DNA from: Pelomyxa schiedti
Lineage: Eukaryota > Protista > Evosea
Reading direction: 5' to 3'
DNA: 64,000 nucleotides
Assembly (NCBI GenBank): GCA_020536535.1
Contig: JAHLWZ010000702.1
Span: 80,772-144,771, forward strand
The first letter of the stretch is position 1; each line of letters starts with the position of its first letter. A model generated the notes under the pieces. That model saw nothing but the letters and a program-made list of their open reading frames with translations, was not told where the DNA came from and did not search any database. The translations under genes and the position numbers were made by a program. Below are positions 20,826 through 34,061 of the stretch, in pieces.

Positions 20826-23800
20826 TCAGCTGAGCCTATGAATCCTCAGACTCATCATCAGACAAGAAAAAGTTCCTTTCCAAACAAAAAAATGGGTCTT
20901 GCATTACAAAGCGGCCGAGTGGGGGGCAGTCCTTGAAAGGTTCTAGATAGACAGGAAGAGTGGGTTGAATTTGAACCAGGCAGCAGTCTCCGGTCTTGAT
21001 GGCCTTGGGGTTATCCTCGACAACTGTGCACTGGTTAGTTGCTTTGTGAAGAAGGAGTAGAAAAATGGGGAATTAAGTACCGGTGCCGGAACGGCGGTCA
21101 ATTTTTTGAATGAGCCTTACAAACCTTCCTGCAAAGGAAGCTGTGTGCGCAAAGAAGAACGGGGTGTAGCCTACATGAAGTTGTCCAGGGTGACTGAGAA
21201 CTATAACCTGAGCTACGAATGAGCCGACAGAAGGGCCTTGAGGAACTCTGTGAGAATTATGTGTAAAAAGGGTCGGGTTACCAGGATTGATGCACAGAAC
21301 CATCCCTCTTGATACGTCATTACACGAAACGTTTCTCAAGTTCAGACCCAGGTTGTCACCAGCCTGGCATGACTTGAGCTGGCCATGATGAATTTCCATT
21401 GAGCCCACAGTAGTTGTAATGCGGCTTGGCATGAGAGTTACCACATCACCCACTTTTACAGAACCAGATGCCTGACATGGAGAATTGATTGAAAAGGGTT
21501 AATGATGAGAGAGATAGAAATAAGCTAGATACCACTCTCCCAATTGCCACTGTACCAACTCCTCCAATCTTATTGCACTCCTGGATTGGAATTCTCAGAG
21601 AAGAGTCATACATTCTTAGGGGTATGTCGCATGCATCTATGGCATCCATCAGGGTGTACCCAGTGACTTGTTCCCCGCTAGAAGCAACCCTTGTCCACCC
21701 GGCATACCTTTTGCATTCTGTAAGTGACTTTTATTTAACCTTAAAATTTTTCAAACCAGGGAATTGAAATTTGTTTTTCCGTGAGACCAACACCTTGCCA
21801 TCCAGAAATTGGAATCACTGCAACTTTGTTGCCTTGGACACCCATACTTATGTGTGTTAAAGGACAAAGAGTAACTTTGGTGCTTACCTTGTTAAAAGTT
21901 TCACCAAATTTTCTTGAACTTCTGTAAATCTACTAAACTGGTAGTTGACAGTGTCCATTTTATTCACAACAATGATCTTTCATTAAATTAAAACAAAGAA
22001 AATTGGATAGGAGACAGACAAATTGCTTGATCCCTTGTGTAATAGCAATCTGTGCTTCCTCTCGGGTCATCCCACCTCGCATAATTCCACTCTCAAACTC
22101 GCCTGGAGCAGCGGATACAAGTAATACAGCAACGTCTGCAAGACTTGAACCAACAGCCATATTTTTGACGAATTGTCTTGTGCCGGGTGCATCAAGGATA
22201 TCAACCTGGTTTTCCAGATATTATTACTCGACAGGATAGAAGGGAAAAAACCTCGTATTTAGGTGTAGAAATTCCCCAAATTGCTGTTTCTATGGTGCAT
22301 GACTGTTCACGCTCTAACGTGTAAGTTAAATTACCTTCCCATAGAACATGTTAAACCTGCTCTCAGTTTATCTAAGATCCATGCAAACTTCGATGCAGTC
22401 TGTGTAGGGTTACATTACAGAACAATACTGAGTGCAAGACCTTGCCAATACTTGAGGCAGCGTATTCAATTCTGTCCAATGTTCGCTGGTCAACGTGCCC
22501 ACATTTGACTACAAGATGGCCAATGGTAGTACTTTTCCCAGAATCTTTGTCACCAATAAATATAAGGCACAATCGAGGCTTTCCAGTAAATGATCGTGCT
22601 TGCTGAGTCATTACCACATGATTCGCTGCGCTCAAGCGCACTACTTCAGGCTTGGCTGAAACAAAGCGTGCGTAATTGGCATTTCTCCACTCTTTTGCCG
22701 CATTGTATTCAGAGAGTTGAGTTTGAGAAAGGGAATCAACTAGTTTGCTGTCAGCAATTGCACGAACTACATCCCAATCCACTTCATGCAAGCCGTAACA
22801 GCTTGATGCAGATCCCCTCCAGGACCACTGTCCAATTATGGTGCTAAATGCATTCCACGCTTTGCACAAAACTTTTGGATCTTTTGAAGGGTCGACGCTT
22901 TCACAGCCAAGGAATTTACCCAACGAAGTACTACGTCGGATAGAAATAGAAGAGTCAGAGTTGACCATCAGCGAGGCAAATACAGGTGTTAATGTCTCTT
23001 GTTCACATTCTAGCCAAGAAGTGATAACATTCTCCCACTTTTGGCAGGAGTTTTGCAGGAGAGCAAGATTGCAGCTTAGGTGTTTCTCAAAAGTTGTTGG
23101 GGCTTTGAAGGCGCGATAGGCATCCATAATTTCTTGGACAGGATAGGTTGCTGTTGAAAACCACACGTACATCATTCGCATTACATTCTGCCACTGCAAA
23201 TGTGGTGGCAAAGCAGCTGAAAGCTTGTCAATAAATATCTTCCGCAAGCAACTAAATACAAGGCTGCAAACTTTAGGATTGGCCAAAAATGCAGTAACTT
23301 CAGTCTCTGAAGCATCATTTAACAATGCAGAAATTTTCTTGGCAGTATTCAAAACTCCTACAGGTATCTGCGCTGTAATATCTGTTGGTGCAGTAGTGGA
23401 AGAAGCTGGAGCTCCTTGGTCACCTTGAGCAAGTTGCTCCACAAGTTCTTTCATGAACTCACGGGTTACGATCTGATTTTTGGCAAGTTGATCCGGCACA
23501 CGACTGTCGGTTTGATTTGGTTTTTGTAGTGCCAGTACGAACAACTGCTTCATATATCTTCGCATAGTTTCGGAATTAATCACCTCAAACTTAGATGGCA
23601 CTGGATGCTTTGTATCAATCAACGTATATGCAAATGCTTTTTCGGGCCTATACTTGCCAGGGGAGTCAGCTGTTGGTATAGATTGATTTTTAATCCAGTT
23701 AACAAGCATTTCATCAAATTCTTCTTGCTTGGGCTGTGTGTGTGGGTTTTGAATCCAGACAGCAAGTGAAGATAGAAGTTCAGCTATTCGAGTAACGTCT

Positions 23801-26800
23801 AGGCCTGTGTGCCTCTCTGCTCTCATGTGAAGATTTAGGTAACCAATGTATAGATGCCCAGTGGCTGTAAGAGGTGCCATGGGTGTGCCAGTAATGAATT
23901 CACTGCGCCACATAAATACATGGGTGCAAAATAACAATAATACCTCATAAGACCAGTCATTAAATTTGAGAGCACCATATTTGTCAGTGGCTCTGGGGCT
24001 AATGGTAACGCAAAGTTAGCCTTGTGGAAACACCCAGGAACAGTGACAGCACTCGCATCTTCCTTCTTTGCTAACCTCCAATACAGCCTAAAGTAATCGA
24101 AACTTGTCATGTCAGCCCCTCCAGAAACGACATATAGTAGTTCCTTGGCATTGAAAAGTAGGCCAATGGACTGCGAGGGTGCAATAGTATACAAACAAGC
24201 AGGAAGTGTATTTCGCTCGCGAATAAGTTCAACAAAAGTGGCAAAACTGAGGGGGTCAATAAAACGTTTGCAGGCATCCTCTAGATCTACTGTTTTTGGC
24301 TACAGGGAAAGTTAGGTATTGGCGGTTGGGTTTTGAAAGTCTCACATTGCAATGATATTTGCAGAGAATTTTGGGATAACACTCATTGATTGACATATCG
24401 GCTTCCAATCTTTCTGAGGTAGGAGGATTTGCAAGCTCTACAACAACATGAACCCTTACTTGACCCTCGCGGTTATGAGAAACAGTCTCCGTAAAAGAGA
24501 TTTGTGTTTGAGGATTGCCTAAAAGAGCCACTGCTTGTGGCTTGGAGGAGGCCAATTTCGTAATCACTGGGGGAGTAAGAACTTTTCTTTTGTGAACATA
24601 AAAAAAAACCTTGCTTTCGTGCTAGAGAATGCTCATCCCCTTCAACAACAAAGAGAGAGAGGCGTGTCTCATCACCATTGGGTGTCTCTGCAAGAATGCA
24701 CACCCTGTTTAACATTTTTCTGGCTCTGGGGCCTTGCATTGCAACTAGTCTTTGAACTAAAACCAGTGTGACATCTCCATCAAAAAAATAAAAATAAAAA
24801 TAAAAATAAAAATAAAAATAAAAATAAAAAAGCTGAGACACACCTTGACGGTCCAGGTTTGTTTGGGATACAAAGCCATGTCCAAGTCTCACTCTCATGG
24901 ATTCCAAGCCAGCAGATAGAGCTTCTTTATCACTTTGTCTAAGAAATAGTTTCTCCGCACGTGAGTTTTAGTGGTTTTTTTTACCTAAATAAACCAGTAT
25001 TTTGTGCCGCAGTGGCATTAAACTTGTCAGTGTCTCTAATTTGATACTGCTCAAGTAGGCGCGTAAGACTGTCCATCTGAGATTCCACACTATCAAGTAC
25101 TTTTTCCAAATACGCCTGTAAAAGGGTTGAGTAACTTAATTGGAAGACAAAAATATGTTACCTGCAGTATAGTACCTGACCTCACTGCCTTGCTTAAAAG
25201 TGCAATACTTTCCACTTGCGTCTTTAGTTAAATGAGAAATTAAGAAAAAAGATAAGAACTCACAGCGCGAAGTGTTTTTACTTCTGCAGCTTTTTCAGTA
25301 AGCAAAGCAGGGGTTATTGTTGCCTTTCCAAGTTCAGTGATGATTCGTGAAAGTCTTTCCTCCACTCCTATCACTGCTGAAATGGCGCCTTCAACACTCT
25401 TGCCAAGTGTGCTCACTTGATAATTTTGCATTTCGTAAAGCTTGGACTGCTTTCTTATTGTTATCATTCCTTTTGCAGCCCAGTCGCACAGTGGGTCAGA
25501 GAGAACGCCTCTGCAACATAAAGCGCCATCACTAAATCCTGCAGGGAAGCTACACTCTACAGCGCCTGAGCCCTTCCCTCCTATTATGGACATGGAGCTT
25601 TGTGTGCTACTAGCCTGAGCTCTAAGCTCATTTGCGATGTTGGCAACATCTCTAACAGGATGAAAATGGCCTCCAAGAGCTGCCCTTAACCCTTGCAAAA
25701 AACTCGCTTGTGCATCCTTCATGTGACATACATGGAAGTCAATGATACACTTTGTATCTCCCATATCAGTTCGAGCTTTTTGTATTGTTTCTATCATCTG
25801 CTGTTGGTAACTTGCCAATAGTGAGACCAATTAGGTACATGTAATCAAATACCCTGTGAGGCCTTTCGAATCTTTGGCAGTGAAAAATTTGTACCGTGGA
25901 TGACTTGTATTGGAAGGGATCTGATCTGGCGCCCCAGATTGCAGATATACAGTTTCTTCACCATCAGTGAGAAACCAGATTACTATACTTGAGGCCTATA
26001 TTCCAATATGAATAATGGAGAAATTGGCGGGTCTCACATTTGAGAAAGCTCGGAGTTGAGTTCCTATATCCAGCAGGGCCGCCTCAATATTGGTTCCGCC
26101 CTTTGCCTTAAATATATTATCACTCACGAGATTTTTGATTTCTTCAGTCATTCGCTCCTCTGAAAACAACTCCCCAGATTCCGTGTCCGTGAATTGTGCT
26201 AAGAGCACTGTTAAAACCAAGAAAAGAGGTGTGCCATCATAGAACCTGCCGTAAATTTGATTGCAGTAGAGAGTTTGTAGTTCCAGGGCACAACTGTAAC
26301 AGACGAACCCCGCCTTACAGCCCCAATGACAAGAGGTGGAATTAAATCGCGAGCTACGAAAGAAAGTAATTGAGATGACATCATCTAAAAAAAAAGAGGC
26401 AATACCCTTCTTTATACTACTATCAACGTGGTCTGTAGAGTTTGGAGCACAGTAAAGTCCTTCGCTGTCGTGATTCATGGAAGCACTAATATCCAGGTAG
26501 AAAAACACTTGCTCCTCAGTGGTGTTGGCACTTGTTTCAGAGCCCTGGGGAATTAGATATGGATAAAAAGGATAAATGCCACACCTCCTCTTCCTCAATA
26601 TAGCAAAAAACATTGTTTTTCCTCTCCATCTGAACTACAAGCATTTGTGCATTTTCACCCCAAAGGTGCAACATCCGTGATCTATTGGAGTCCTTTGAGA
26701 ATATTAAATTGTTATCACTGGCATTTTAGGTAAGCAAACCAGTGCAGCCGAACTTGCAGAAGGGATGGTACTTGCTGAGCACAATGATGTAGCGGTGGGC

Positions 26801-27269
26801 TGCGTGGCACTTCCTTGTACAAAAGGCAGAGTGCGAACATATCTTGCAAGTTGTATGAACACATTTTTCTGCTCCGCCGAAAGCAATTCATCAAATACTC
26901 TATAAACTGTATCTTTGTGAAGCCATTCTACAAGGAGGGAAGCAGTCAATGAAATAGTTTGAAAAAAGGGGGGAGCAACATACCAAGAACATCGCCTACA
27001 GAAGACACCCCAAGCTTGCTTATTACAATGGCTAAATCGTCCTTGTGCTGAGGCGTGATCAATCCCATTTGCTTTTCCATATCAGCCCTGAGTACAGACA
27101 GCAACGTCGTAGCATTTGCCGTCGCCGATATACTCCCATAATTTGCCGAGGCAGTCGTGGCGGGTGCCGCAGTTTCCTGCTGTGCCACAGCCACGTAGTG
27201 CTGGAATTCGCTCTCGGTGATTAATCCCGCGTCGTGCAGCGCTGACAGAGCCTCTCGTGCACTTGACAT
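20826..27269 (-). CDS. giant fusion: SHOCT-like, vWA, helical/uncharacterised domain, eEF1A-like (domains I-III)
   Basis: vWA YLDISASM, GGTNIEAAL, WFLTDGEE; ORF 22372..23937 runs without a stop into GDKDSGKSTTIGHL; then KFAWILDKLRAERE, DAPGT, NKMD, KIGGVGTVAIGRV, GDNLGLNL, FVAQVIVLSHPG, PPLGRF; the exon junctions I checked join in frame; extreme 3' end uncertain. Confidence 0.8.
24784..24830. repeat. (TAAAAA)n intronic microsatellite
   Basis: About 7 copies; source of the spurious FYFYFY translation in the ORF track. Confidence 0.9.
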
Positions 27270-27536
27270 CGAGAGTGCTGTTGTGCATATGGTTTTGTTT
27301 AGCTGTCATACACCAATCTCACCCGGGTGGTTGTGTGGTGCGTGGGGAGTGCGTTGAGTTACGGACCTCGTTGAATGAGCTTGGCTTTGGTTGCATTAAA
27401 AGTGTCCCCTAGAAAGTCGCGCAAAGAAACTAGGGCGTGACCTTGGCGATGAAACGTATCCATGGTTCAAAAATTGACAAACAACAAACGAGAAGAAAAG
27501 AATAAAGTCGTGTATTTTATTCCGGGACAGGATATT

Positions 27537-30142
27537 TCAGTAGTCGTAGTTCTCATTCAGAATCCAAGTCAGCTTGACACCGCATTTGGTGAGAAGGTGT
27601 GTGGTAGCACCCATGAAGGCATTTGGGCCACAGAGATATACAAGCCGTTCAGAGATTTGAGGGACTTCCCTGTGTGGGGTGAGTAGGGGTAAGATGGACC
27701 CAAACACAACAACCTCTGCAAGAATTCTTCTGTGAGGTGGCCATAGCAAACACCATCCACTCGATAATCAGTGGGACCGTCCCAGAGATTTGTTCTGGTA
27801 AGTGCCACAAGAAATTTCCGGATAATCGGGGTGCCTGATGTAAGGGACTCCCAATCTGTCTTGAACGGGATATCTTGATATTCCCTTTCAACTGCCAAAG
27901 ATAAGTTGGAGTAAGAGAAAGAAGAAGTATACCATGAATCGAGACAATATCAGGAAGCTCGTGTTCTGTTACAATCTTCTCAGAGAAGGTATTTCGTAGT
28001 CCCCGTAGCATACTTATGACAGGTGTAACTCCTGAACCTGCTGTGATCATTAAGACCCTCCACCAGTTTGAAAAAGGATAGGTCGGTGCTCTGTTTCCAA
28101 GCTTGCAGAAGTTAGTTGAAATTTAAGATTTGAAGTGCTCCAACTACCTGAATGTAGAAAGAAACTGGGAGAGTAAATCCTCCTTCGATCCCTTGCATCA
28201 CACCTGATGTCTCACCGATAATTGCAGTATCGTGAAGCCAACCAGTCACTTTCCCTTGCCTCTTAACGGAAATTTCAATTTCATATCTGTCTCTGCGCGT
28301 TTTACTGGTAGCGCTCTCTTCAATTGTCGGTACAGTAGCAAACGCCGCAGTGGAAATAGACCAACAACGTAGGTACTCTTCACCTCCAATGTCAAATCTG
28401 AATGTTGAATATTGCCCTGGTTCCCACCTGACGCTCCTACTGGTTCGCCAAATAAACGTAGTCACGTTCGCAGATTCTTTACGTCGCCCTACAAGTTGCA
28501 TTGCCACATCCCAGGAAGTGCCCAAATTCTTCCATTGGGCAGCTGCAGAATGCCACTTTGGGAGTGCAAAGTCTGGTTGAAGGAGGATTACACTGTTGGC
28601 GGGAATATCAAAGAGGGGTGGATGGTGAGTCGAGAACGACAAGAACTTCCAATGAAAAGGACTTGCACATGCTGTGAGACGCCAACGTGTCGCTAGGAAA
28701 GTAGTGAATGCATTGTTCAGAATCAGGAAACAAACATACGTGTGAAAACGCATAACCTATCACAGTTGTCAAGGGACTGGTGCGGTGGGAGCCAATGTAC
28801 ATCCAAAACGCCAGTAAATTGAAGGGTGTGTCCTCTCTCGAAATCGAGAAAGGTTATCCCAGCATGGTGGTCAATGAGTGTATTCCCTAATACCTGACAC
28901 AGTCAGGTTGGCAGATAGGCGTCAGGTACCTGGAACATTCCTTTTCCATGGTAATCGCCCCACGCAAGTTTATGCCCATCGATTATACGCACGAATCCTG
29001 GTCTGGAGAGGTTTAGCTGCGAAATATGGAAGATGGCATGCCTTCCCCCACGGTGGGATGTATCTACACCGCGAACAAGCTCAGGGTTGGCAGTGGATAT
29101 AAAGAAAGTGTCACTACTGGTAATAAAGTTGATGTAGCTGTTTGGTAATTTGTGGCCATCAGACAAGGTAGTATCATCCAGGCAACTTGGTGTGCATTTC
29201 CTCACTGAATCAATTGTGCGGGATTGAATATAACGTGGACAAATCGAGAAAGCTTCCATAACAGTTACAGAAAAGCCATTCCTTTTTTTTTTAGTGAGTT
29301 TCGCTACTATAAAGAGTCTCCTACGAAGAGACGGGGTCACAGACAACGCCAGCTATTCTGTATCGCTTACGCGTTTCAAACTCTAAAAACGTGAGACTGA
29401 TAGGCGTGCCACTGTTGGCCCCAACTTTCCATAGAGGATCCCCAACCGGTGGCGGCTTAAGCACACGAACAAGGCAAGGTTTCTCAACGCAAACAAGTTG
29501 CCTGTATGCGTTAGATTGGAACACTCTAGCCATTCTTGCACTGTCTGGATATACACCACAAGCGTCGCAGAAGTGTGCAGAAGAAGCGATGCTGCTTGTA
29601 GTTGGGGGATAATCTTCCTGGCTCTCACTTGAAGGGGTAGGAGGCGGAACTGCAGATAGGCTCCCAACTACACATGGTTCATCCCCAAAGGAATCTTCAG
29701 AAAGTGGAGTTGCATCAGGATGTTCAGAGAGCCCCTGCAAAACCTCACTGGAACAAGGGATCAAATCTGTGGGATCGGCATATATCGGAGTAAGCCACAC
29801 CTAGGAGTTAGGTCTAAAAAAAGGACCCAAAAGGAAATAGGAAAATCACCTCGCCTGTTTCCACATCGCGGTAACCCACGTAAATGGCATGCCTTGTTGA
29901 CAAAAAATTGATCGAGTCAGGGTGCACTTCTGTAGCAACCTGCGGTAATTTACGTGTTCAAAATCCTCGCAAAGTGAACATCCGGTGCAAGAGCCGCAGT
30001 AACAGTAAAATCGGACCTTGTGTTCTCCCAGAGATTGAGCACGGTCCCTCATATTGTCACGTTGTTGCATCTCCTTCTCACCACGATTGAATATGTCACT
30101 TCGCCAGTCTGAGATCCATGGTGCCGTTGTGGTTTGTTGCAT
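27537..30142 (-). CDS. tandem pyridoxamine-5'-phosphate-oxidase-like domains + FAD/NAD-binding FNR-type reductase
   Basis: FNRGEKEMQ, EFETRKRYRIAG, EAFSICPRYIQ, DTFFIST, DTSHRGG, GDYHGKGMF; FNR part PGQY, RCWSIS, GKVTGWLH, AGSGVTP, YLCGP. Confidence 0.88.
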
Positions 30143-30443
30143 TTCGAATGCCACACTGACTACCGAAACCACTTGTCAAGTGTCAATATGCCAAACGGAT
30201 GCAACATTTCCCCGGCATCCTGTGATGACAAATGCTGACAACAACGACGAAGAAACGAACGGATCTTTCGGAGACAGAAGTGAAAAAGTAAACAGAAGAA
30301 GGCAGGGGAGATCTCACTTTTTGTGAACTGATTTCGTAAAAGGAGCACGAGCAGGCGTTCCCCACAACGACAACGTACTCGTTAGTTGATGGAGTTTAAC
30401 ACCGACTGTGAGATGGGGACTCACTCATTACAGATTAAACAAG

Positions 30444-30716
30444 ATGAGAAACATGGCATCCTTGACGGCCGCCATTTTTGTTGCGTGGATAAGCCTTGTG
30501 GCCGGATCGTCCTCCTCATCTGGTTCTTCTTCTTCCTCCACGAGTAGTTCTGTCTACCAACCACACATACACTGGTATGGCTGGCTGATTGCTGCCATTA
30601 CTTTGTGCATCCTTATTGGCGCCATTGCCATCTGTGTAGTAGCCGGCCTTACCAAAACCCCACACCCAAAGAAAGACGACGACAAGCCGCTCGTATCTGA
30701 CGGTTCAACGGTCTAG
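30444..30716 (+). CDS. small single-pass membrane protein
   Basis: Signal peptide, poly-Ser, one TM (WYGWLIAAITLCILIGAIAICVV), short charged tail. Confidence 0.7.
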   Translation: MRNMASLTAAIFVAWISLVAGSSSSSGSSSSSTSSSVYQPHIHWYGWLIAAITLCILIGAIAICVVAGLTKTPHPKKDDDKPLVSDGSTV

Positions 30717-30948
30717 ACCCAAGTACATCCCATGGCACCACCACTTTCATATACCTGCCGTGGCATCTATTTACCCTTGCGTTGCTGGCTCACCACAGTC
30801 CCGGACAGCGCAAGCTAGGATGTGAAAATGCAACCACAAGAAGAAACAAAAACCGTTAGTTGGTTTTCTTCCCCGAACCGCACCATCAAAACAAAACACA
30901 CTTTCATAACCCTTAAATAACCAAGCGGTGGTTGTTTTGAAGCGAGCG

Positions 30949-32463
30949 ATGTCAGCCAGCAGCACCCCCGACCCTTCGACGCCGCCGTCGACGTCGACAG
31001 CGACACCCACGCCGACGCCGCCTGCGAGCGCATCCGCGCAACACAGTTTCTTCCAGCCTTCGTTCTTGAGGTTACTTGAGGACCCCAGTGTCAGGACAGT
31101 GATGATGTGTGGGTGTGGTGGCGGCTTCGACTTTGTAAGTGGCCCCCCCCCCCGTTGTAGCCGTTGTTGAACGACATTTGATTTATGGTTCAAGGTTCAC
31201 AGTATGGCGTTGTATCCTGAGCTTAAACGACTCGGAAAGACTGTCATCGTCGGTGAGCTGCTTTTTATTTTTATTTTTATTTTTTGAAATAAATTGTTAC
31301 GATTCCATTGTAACTTGAGACAGGGAGTTTCTCTTTTGGGAACACTTCCGAGATAAAGGAACCTGTATATTGGCGACACCCAGTCCTCACTGACTGTGTC
31401 GTCAAGGTGAGTTTTTGCACGACTTCCCATATGGTTCCTCCACTTCCATTTAGAAAGTTACTGCTGCTAGCGCCTGCTCGTCATTCTATGCCCCAGAGCA
31501 CCATATATGTGAGTACTTGGATCTCAAATACCCTGACGAAGCTCCACACTTTGCCTATGCTTATTATGCACGTAGCTTTACACCAAAAGCTCTCAAAGAC
31601 TTGTACTCGGTCTGCTATCATTCTTACTGGTAAAATGGTAACCATTTTAGAAATTTGTCACTGATCACTCCATTGATGGAATACTTGCTGTTGATGGTGG
31701 ATCAGACTCTCTTATGGTTGGTGATGAATCCGGTTCGCTAGTGGCACAAAGATTTCCCTTCTTATTTGCTTTGTAGGACTTGGAGATCCCATCGAAGATG
31801 CTGTTACCGTTGCAACAATTGCTAGTTTGGAACAGGTTAGGATGCGTATTTTGTGTGTGATGGGGCTTGGCTGCGACCGCTTCAATTGTGTTTCTGATGC
31901 TGCAACTTTAAGGTTTTTTCCTGATTACCCTTGCGACTCTCTCACCCAAAACAGAGCAATTGCAGAATTGACCTTGTTAAATGGTTTTCTTGGTTCGGTT
32001 ATGATGGAGCCAACGTTTCCTGGATTTATTTTTTACCGGGACTTACTGAAATTCATGTACAAACGGCAAGGCTTCAGGTTCGTAAATGGCTTCCCAATGC
32101 ATATAACAAGTAATATCAGATCAGTCATTGCAGGAAGTATTGTAGCTTCTGGGGAAGGACACTTTGGAGGCAACTATGTCCCTGATTATCTTTCTTCTAG
32201 AGTTAGACCTGGGGAACTATATTTGTGGCCTCTCATGGCTGCCCTGTGGACATTCGATCCCGTGGTTGTTGCGCAGCGGTCACACATATGCACCGTGATT
32301 AAGGATTGCAACACGATAGACCAAATGTACACTGAGGTTGCCAAGATGAGAAGAACTGTTAGAAACAGGTCCATTTGTTCTCCAAACCTGCGCTCACACT
32401 CTCAAAAAACACAGATCTCTGGAGACGTTACCAACAACCAACACAGGCTGGTCCCTACTGTGA
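30949..32463 (+). CDS. DUF1152 family protein, spliced
   Basis: CGCGGGFDF|VHS, AVDGGSDSLMVGDES|GLGDPIEDA, GLGCDRF; last exon SLETLPTTNTGWSLL*. Confidence 0.85.
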
Positions 32464-32684
32464 AAAGATGTTTAAAAACCTCAACCCCCACGAGCGTGGT
32501 TGCTCTAAGATTTCTCTTTTTCCCCAAATAGCAAGGAACAAATTAAGAAATCTTATGAATTGCGAAAAAGATTGTTGTTGTATTTACAGAACCAAAACCT
32601 ACGCGACTTCACCCAGCAGCAGTTAGGCGGGAGAGCCACCTGATAGTACACTCAACTGACTAAAATGATTTCGTTGTCCTGCCA

Positions 32685-34061
32685 TCAGAATCGGCGGAAC
32701 AAGTCGCTCTCGAGGAGTGCAGCAGCCGATGGGCGGCTGCTTGGGTCAGGGCTGAGCAAACTTGACATAACCTTGTTGTGAGTCAGTGGGGAGTTTCTGA
32801 ACAGAGAGGGTCTACGTGTTCAAACTGCCAAGAATGTGGCCACCCAAGAGGGGCTGCAGGGAATGACCACCCAGAACGGAGTGCACACCACAAGGGACCC
32901 TATAAGTAGATAAGTTACGTTATTAACATTTTAGAACACAATACCCGCGTCGGGATCTCTACGTTGTATGCTAGTTCCATTATTGAAATCCCCAAGCTGA
33001 ACATGTCTGCAGCCGGAGTGACTGTGTCGGAGTTATTTAGGAGCTCTGGGGCCATGTATGCACTGTCGCCTTCTGTTTTGTTCTTTGAACGAATTTGACA
33101 GCTATTTCCAAAGTCCCCCAGCTTCACTGCGCCGTTGGCAATAAGGCAGTTTTCCAATTTTATATCTGAGTCGGGTTAATACAAATACTGACAATGTGAA
33201 ACTTACCCAAATGCAGGAGGTTCTTAGAGTGGATATGAAAGAGAGCTCTGAGGATATCCCTCATAAAACCTAGTACAACAGAGGGGCTCAAGTAATAGCC
33301 AGGTTCGCCGGGTTTGTGCTTGGATAGATGCTTGAGATGGTAGGTCTTGAGATTGCCTTCTGGACACAATTCCATCAAGATGTTCAACGTATTTCCTGCT
33401 TCCCTAATTGCATGTTACTGATACTACAGAGAAACAATATTCCGGAGACTCACCAGTAGCTGTAGACTTGAACAATATTTGGGTGAGATCCCAACAAACT
33501 CACTGATTGTATTTCGGAGTCCTTAGTCAAAGGCGATCTTTGGGAGCATTCTTTGAGTGCGTATCTTTTTCCATTTCCATTGTATGTTACGACAAAAACC
33601 TGCAGAAAAGGTAAGTGAGAACGCAAATACAAGATATTAGGCACCTCGCCAAAAGTGCCCCTTCCAATTGGAGGACCCTCTTTCTCAAAATCTGTAGAGG
33701 AGATACGCTTTGACTTCTTTTTCCATGTCAAGGCCACAGGGGTCGACGTTCTAGTCGAATGATGCCCCGCCATCATTGCTTTATTCTTTCGCTCCTGCTT
33801 GATTGATGGTGGTAGAGTCAGCCTCTGTGCCGAAGTCGTGGTTTTTGTGCGTAAGAGAGAGCACAGAGCAGCCGGGTCAGATCCGCTTTGTGTAATGCGT
33901 TCAGCCATTGTGGAATCTGGAAAACCAGACATGTCAGGAAGTGCTCTTGTTGAGCTAGGCTTTGGTGGCTTGGGCATTGGGGAGATCTCCTGAGCTTCAT
34001 CGGGTGCCACCAGATCCAATTTTTTTGACGCAGTGCCAAGTTCCTCGTCGGAGGCCATCAT
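32685..34061 (-). CDS. Wee1/Myt1-like protein kinase
   Basis: IGRGTFGEV, YALK, HL|DIK.EN, KLGDFG, EGDSAYMAPELL, ADMFSLGISIMELA, GPLWCALRSG, PDPSSRPSA. Confidence 0.85.

Noticed and set aside
21073-22600. Standalone housekeeping EF-1 alpha gene
   Set aside because: Frame is continuous with a long upstream ORF and key motifs are diverged
29940-30016. Ferredoxin-like CGSCTGCSLC in ORF 29846..30172
   Set aside because: Lies in a 77-nt GT-AG intron; splicing gives GEHK|VATEVHPD..., which fits the PNPOx-like family
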